A stretch of DNA of 64,000 nt from an uncultured Chloroflexota bacterium (lineage in GTDB: Bacteria > Chloroflexota > Dehalococcoidia > Lucifugimonadales > UBA1127). Location: assembly GCA_913045315.1 (NCBI GenBank), contig CAJWQJ010000003.1:31732-95731 (forward strand), given 5' to 3'. This document shows positions 61,986 through 64,000 of this stretch, in pieces; the stretch's first letter is position 1; every line of letters begins with the position of its first letter. The notes below the pieces were generated by a model. The model saw only the letters and a list, made by a program, of their open reading frames with translations. It ran no database searches and had not been told where the DNA came from. Made by a program: the position numbers and the translations under genes.

Positions 61986-63320
61986 TTATTTAATTTTAGT
62001 TCCTGGTTTACCGTTCTTAATTGATGGAACAAGAAGAATTGGAGCCAAAACTGTAGTAATTACTGTCATTAGAATAGCTACACCAAATTGTTCTTGGTTT
62101 ATTACTCCTCTGGACAAACCCACACCGGCAACAATTAATGCAACTTCTCCACGGGGGAGCATTCCTAGTCCAATTCTATAAGCACCAGTTTTATTAAATC
62201 CTGTAAATAGAGATGGTATTCCAGAACCAGCGATCTTGCTAATTATAGCTAAAATTGTCATTACAATACTAAATTGAATTGCACTAAGCATTCCATTTAT
62301 ATCAACCAACATTCCCATTACAACAAAGAATACAGGAACTAGAAAGTCGTGAACTCCTTCGAGTTGTTCCCAAATTACTCGTTTAAGATTAGTTCCAGAT
62401 AAGGCCAAGCCAGCGGAATAAGCCCCTATAATCATTGCTAATCCAAAATGTTCAGCTAGCGCAGCACCAAAAATTGCTAATGATAATGATAAACACAAAG
62501 CTGCTCCAGTTACATTTAAGCTTGTAAAAGCTCGAGAAATCCTATTTGAGAGTAATACTAATAATCCTGTAAAAAGAAGCCAGAACCCAATACCTTTAAA
62601 TGCAATAAAACCTAGTTCGCCAAGTGATATTTCTCCAGTAGCACTTATAGCAACTACTATCGTTAAAACTAGTATTACCAAAATATCATCTATTACCGCA
62701 GCCCCAAGAATGGTTACACCTTCAGGGCTTGTCATAGCTCCTAAATCAGATAACACTCTTGCTGTGATTCCAACTGATGTGGCAGTAAGAATAGCTCCCA
62801 AAAAAAGAGCTACTGGGTCAAATATTGATTCTGCTTGATTGAACATAAGTGCGCAAATTATTCCAAAGCTAAAAGGTAAAACGACTCCTCCTATGGCAGC
62901 AGCTGTTGCAGGTCCTGTATACCTTAGGAATTGTTTTAAATCTGTTTCCAGTCCAGCTGTAAAAAGTAGTATTATTGAGGCAATCTGTGCAATTACGTAT
63001 AATTCAAAAGGAATTACACTTACGGGGTTTAAATTGTTTGTATGTAATTCGAATAATGGTCCAAATGAACCAATGCTCATATTCCCCAAAGCGTAAGGTC
63101 CAATTAAGATTCCTGCAAAAAGTTCACCTAAGACAGGAGGGATTTTAATAAACCGTTCACAGAGTTCACCACAAAGTTTTGCTGAAAGTATAACTACAGA
63201 AAGTTGCACCATAATTTCGGTTATATGTTCAGTAATTTCGCTTTCCAATTGAATTTCCCCAGCAGTTTTTGAATTTAGAAGATCATTAACTATATAATTG
63301 TAACATTGTATTGAAGACAT
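61986..63320 (-). CDS. Cation:proton antiporter (CPA2 / NapA-like)
   Basis: PPVLGEL.AGILIGP, LF.AGLETD, ATSVGITARVL, GAAVIDD, IIGAY.AG, PVFFV..G, GMLPRGEV. Confidence 0.92.
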   Translation of the reverse strand: MSSIQCYNYIVNDLLNSKTAGEIQLESEITEHITEIMVQLSVVILSAKLCGELCERFIKIPPVLGELFAGILIGPYALGNMSIGSFGPLFELHTNNLNPVSVIPFELYVIAQIASIILLFTAGLETDLKQFLRYTGPATAAAIGGVVLPFSFGIICALMFNQAESIFDPVALFLGAILTATSVGITARVLSDLGAMTSPEGVTILGAAVIDDILVILVLTIVVAISATGEISLGELGFIAFKGIGFWLLFTGLLVLLSNRISRAFTSLNVTGAALCLSLSLAIFGAALAEHFGLAMIIGAYSAGLALSGTNLKRVIWEQLEGVHDFLVPVFFVVMGMLVDINGMLSAIQFSIVMTILAIISKIAGSGIPSLFTGFNKTGAYRIGLGMLPRGEVALIVAGVGLSRGVINQEQFGVAILMTVITTVLAPILLVPSIKNGKPGTKIK

Positions 63321-63435
63321 ACAAACCCATTATTCATTATTAAAACGAGCCACTTTACAATACTTATCGAACAGATAATTATTGCTATACACAGATTAAC
63401 CTTGATGTTGATATATATTAATATTCAATTAAAGC

Positions 63436-63465
63436 TTGACATTTGGCTGATTTCAGTCTTACCAT
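63436..63465 (+). promoter_or_regulatory. Putative promoter of the collagen-like lipoprotein gene
   Basis: TTGACA, 18 nt, TACCAT. Confidence 0.55.
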
Positions 63466-63558
63466 ACCCCCATTATTGGTATCTCGAGCAGAATCACCTA
63501 TGTTAATATTAGGGTTCTTTCTGCTCATAAAAAGATCTAAATTCTGTGGAGGAGCTGC

Positions 63559-64000
63559 ATGAAGATTACGAGTAGACTGAGCCTTATGTTGATTGCTGGT
63601 CTTGTATTTGCATTACTAGCTACCGCTTGTACTGGTGAAACTGGACCTGCTGGTGCCCAAGGACCTGCTGGACCTGCTGGTGCTGCTGGTTCCGATGGTT
63701 CTGTTGGACCTACAGGTGTTGATGGACCTGCTGGTAAGACAGGAAAACAAGGACCTGCTGGTGAACCAGGACCTCAAATTGTTGCTGGTATTAGTTTTGC
63801 TGACAACACCTACAATCTTGAAGGTGGAACAGGTAAAAGTGTAAGTGGGCCTTTGACCATCACTGGTTGGGGATTCCAGCCAAATGAAAATATCATTATT
63901 TCCACTACTACTAATGCCCGATTTGAGATACTTATGACTGCTGATGCTAATGCTTACGGTGCTTTTGAGAAGACTTCTTCGAAATTCCGTTTCATTTCGT
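63559..64000 (+). CDS. Collagen-like lipoprotein (runs off the window; absent from the ORF track)
   Basis: GGAGGAG RBS; MKITSRLSLMLIAGLVFALLATA-C lipobox-like signal; 16 consecutive Gly-X-Y triplets (GETGPAGAQGPAGPA...GEPGPQ); then a beta-rich domain (LTITGWGFQPNE). Confidence 0.88.
   Translation, partial: MKITSRLSLMLIAGLVFALLATACTGETGPAGAQGPAGPAGAAGSDGSVGPTGVDGPAGKTGKQGPAGEPGPQIVAGISFADNTYNLEGGTGKSVSGPLTITGWGFQPNENIIISTTTNARFEILMTADANAYGAFEKTSSKFRFIS

Noticed and set aside
61940-62032. N-terminal extension of RsfS overlapping the antiporter
   Set aside because: A TTG with a GGAG RBS at 61939 gives a normal-length RsfS.
63635-63844. 69-aa Leu/Asp-rich ORF (MKLDLLVPKDLLDLL...)
   Set aside because: Out-of-frame shadow of the Gly-X-Y collagen repeat.

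Overview
AT-rich bacterial chromosome segment, densely coding and mostly housekeeping. It carries mutL/mutS, trmD, a stripped-down rsmH-ftsA-ftsZ division locus with no peptidoglycan genes, the pyrR-pyrB-pyrC-carA-carB operon with a recognisable PyrR attenuator, eno-gap-pcrA, a methionine/SAM recycling operon (mtnA-mtnP-ahcY-metK), fabF, recJ, a membrane pyrophosphatase, Na+-decarboxylase beta/delta subunits, aroA/tyrA/gmk, thiL-tsaE-tsaB-ndk and two tRNAs. Gene content suggests Chloroflexota/Dehalococcoidia, possibly SAR202-like; this is an inference and was not checked. No CRISPR array, integrase, transposase or prophage was seen. The most interesting signals are: (1) a two-gene unit with its own promoter, pairing an atypical DHDPS-family aldolase with an MfnB-like furan synthase fused to a Cys-containing TusA/SirA-like domain; (2) a tRNA-Gly(GCC) with an inverted C1-G72 pair, about 1.7 kb from a stand-alone DUF2156 aminoacyl-tRNA-dependent transferase; (3) GC-rich, G-U-containing hairpins with CCCCUC loops on both sides of ftsA-ftsZ; (4) a B12 mutase with isobutyryl-CoA-mutase signature residues; (5) a metallophosphoesterase with degenerate metal ligands; (6) a recurring 18-nt promoter spacer. 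All calls come from reading motifs by eye, with no database searches.
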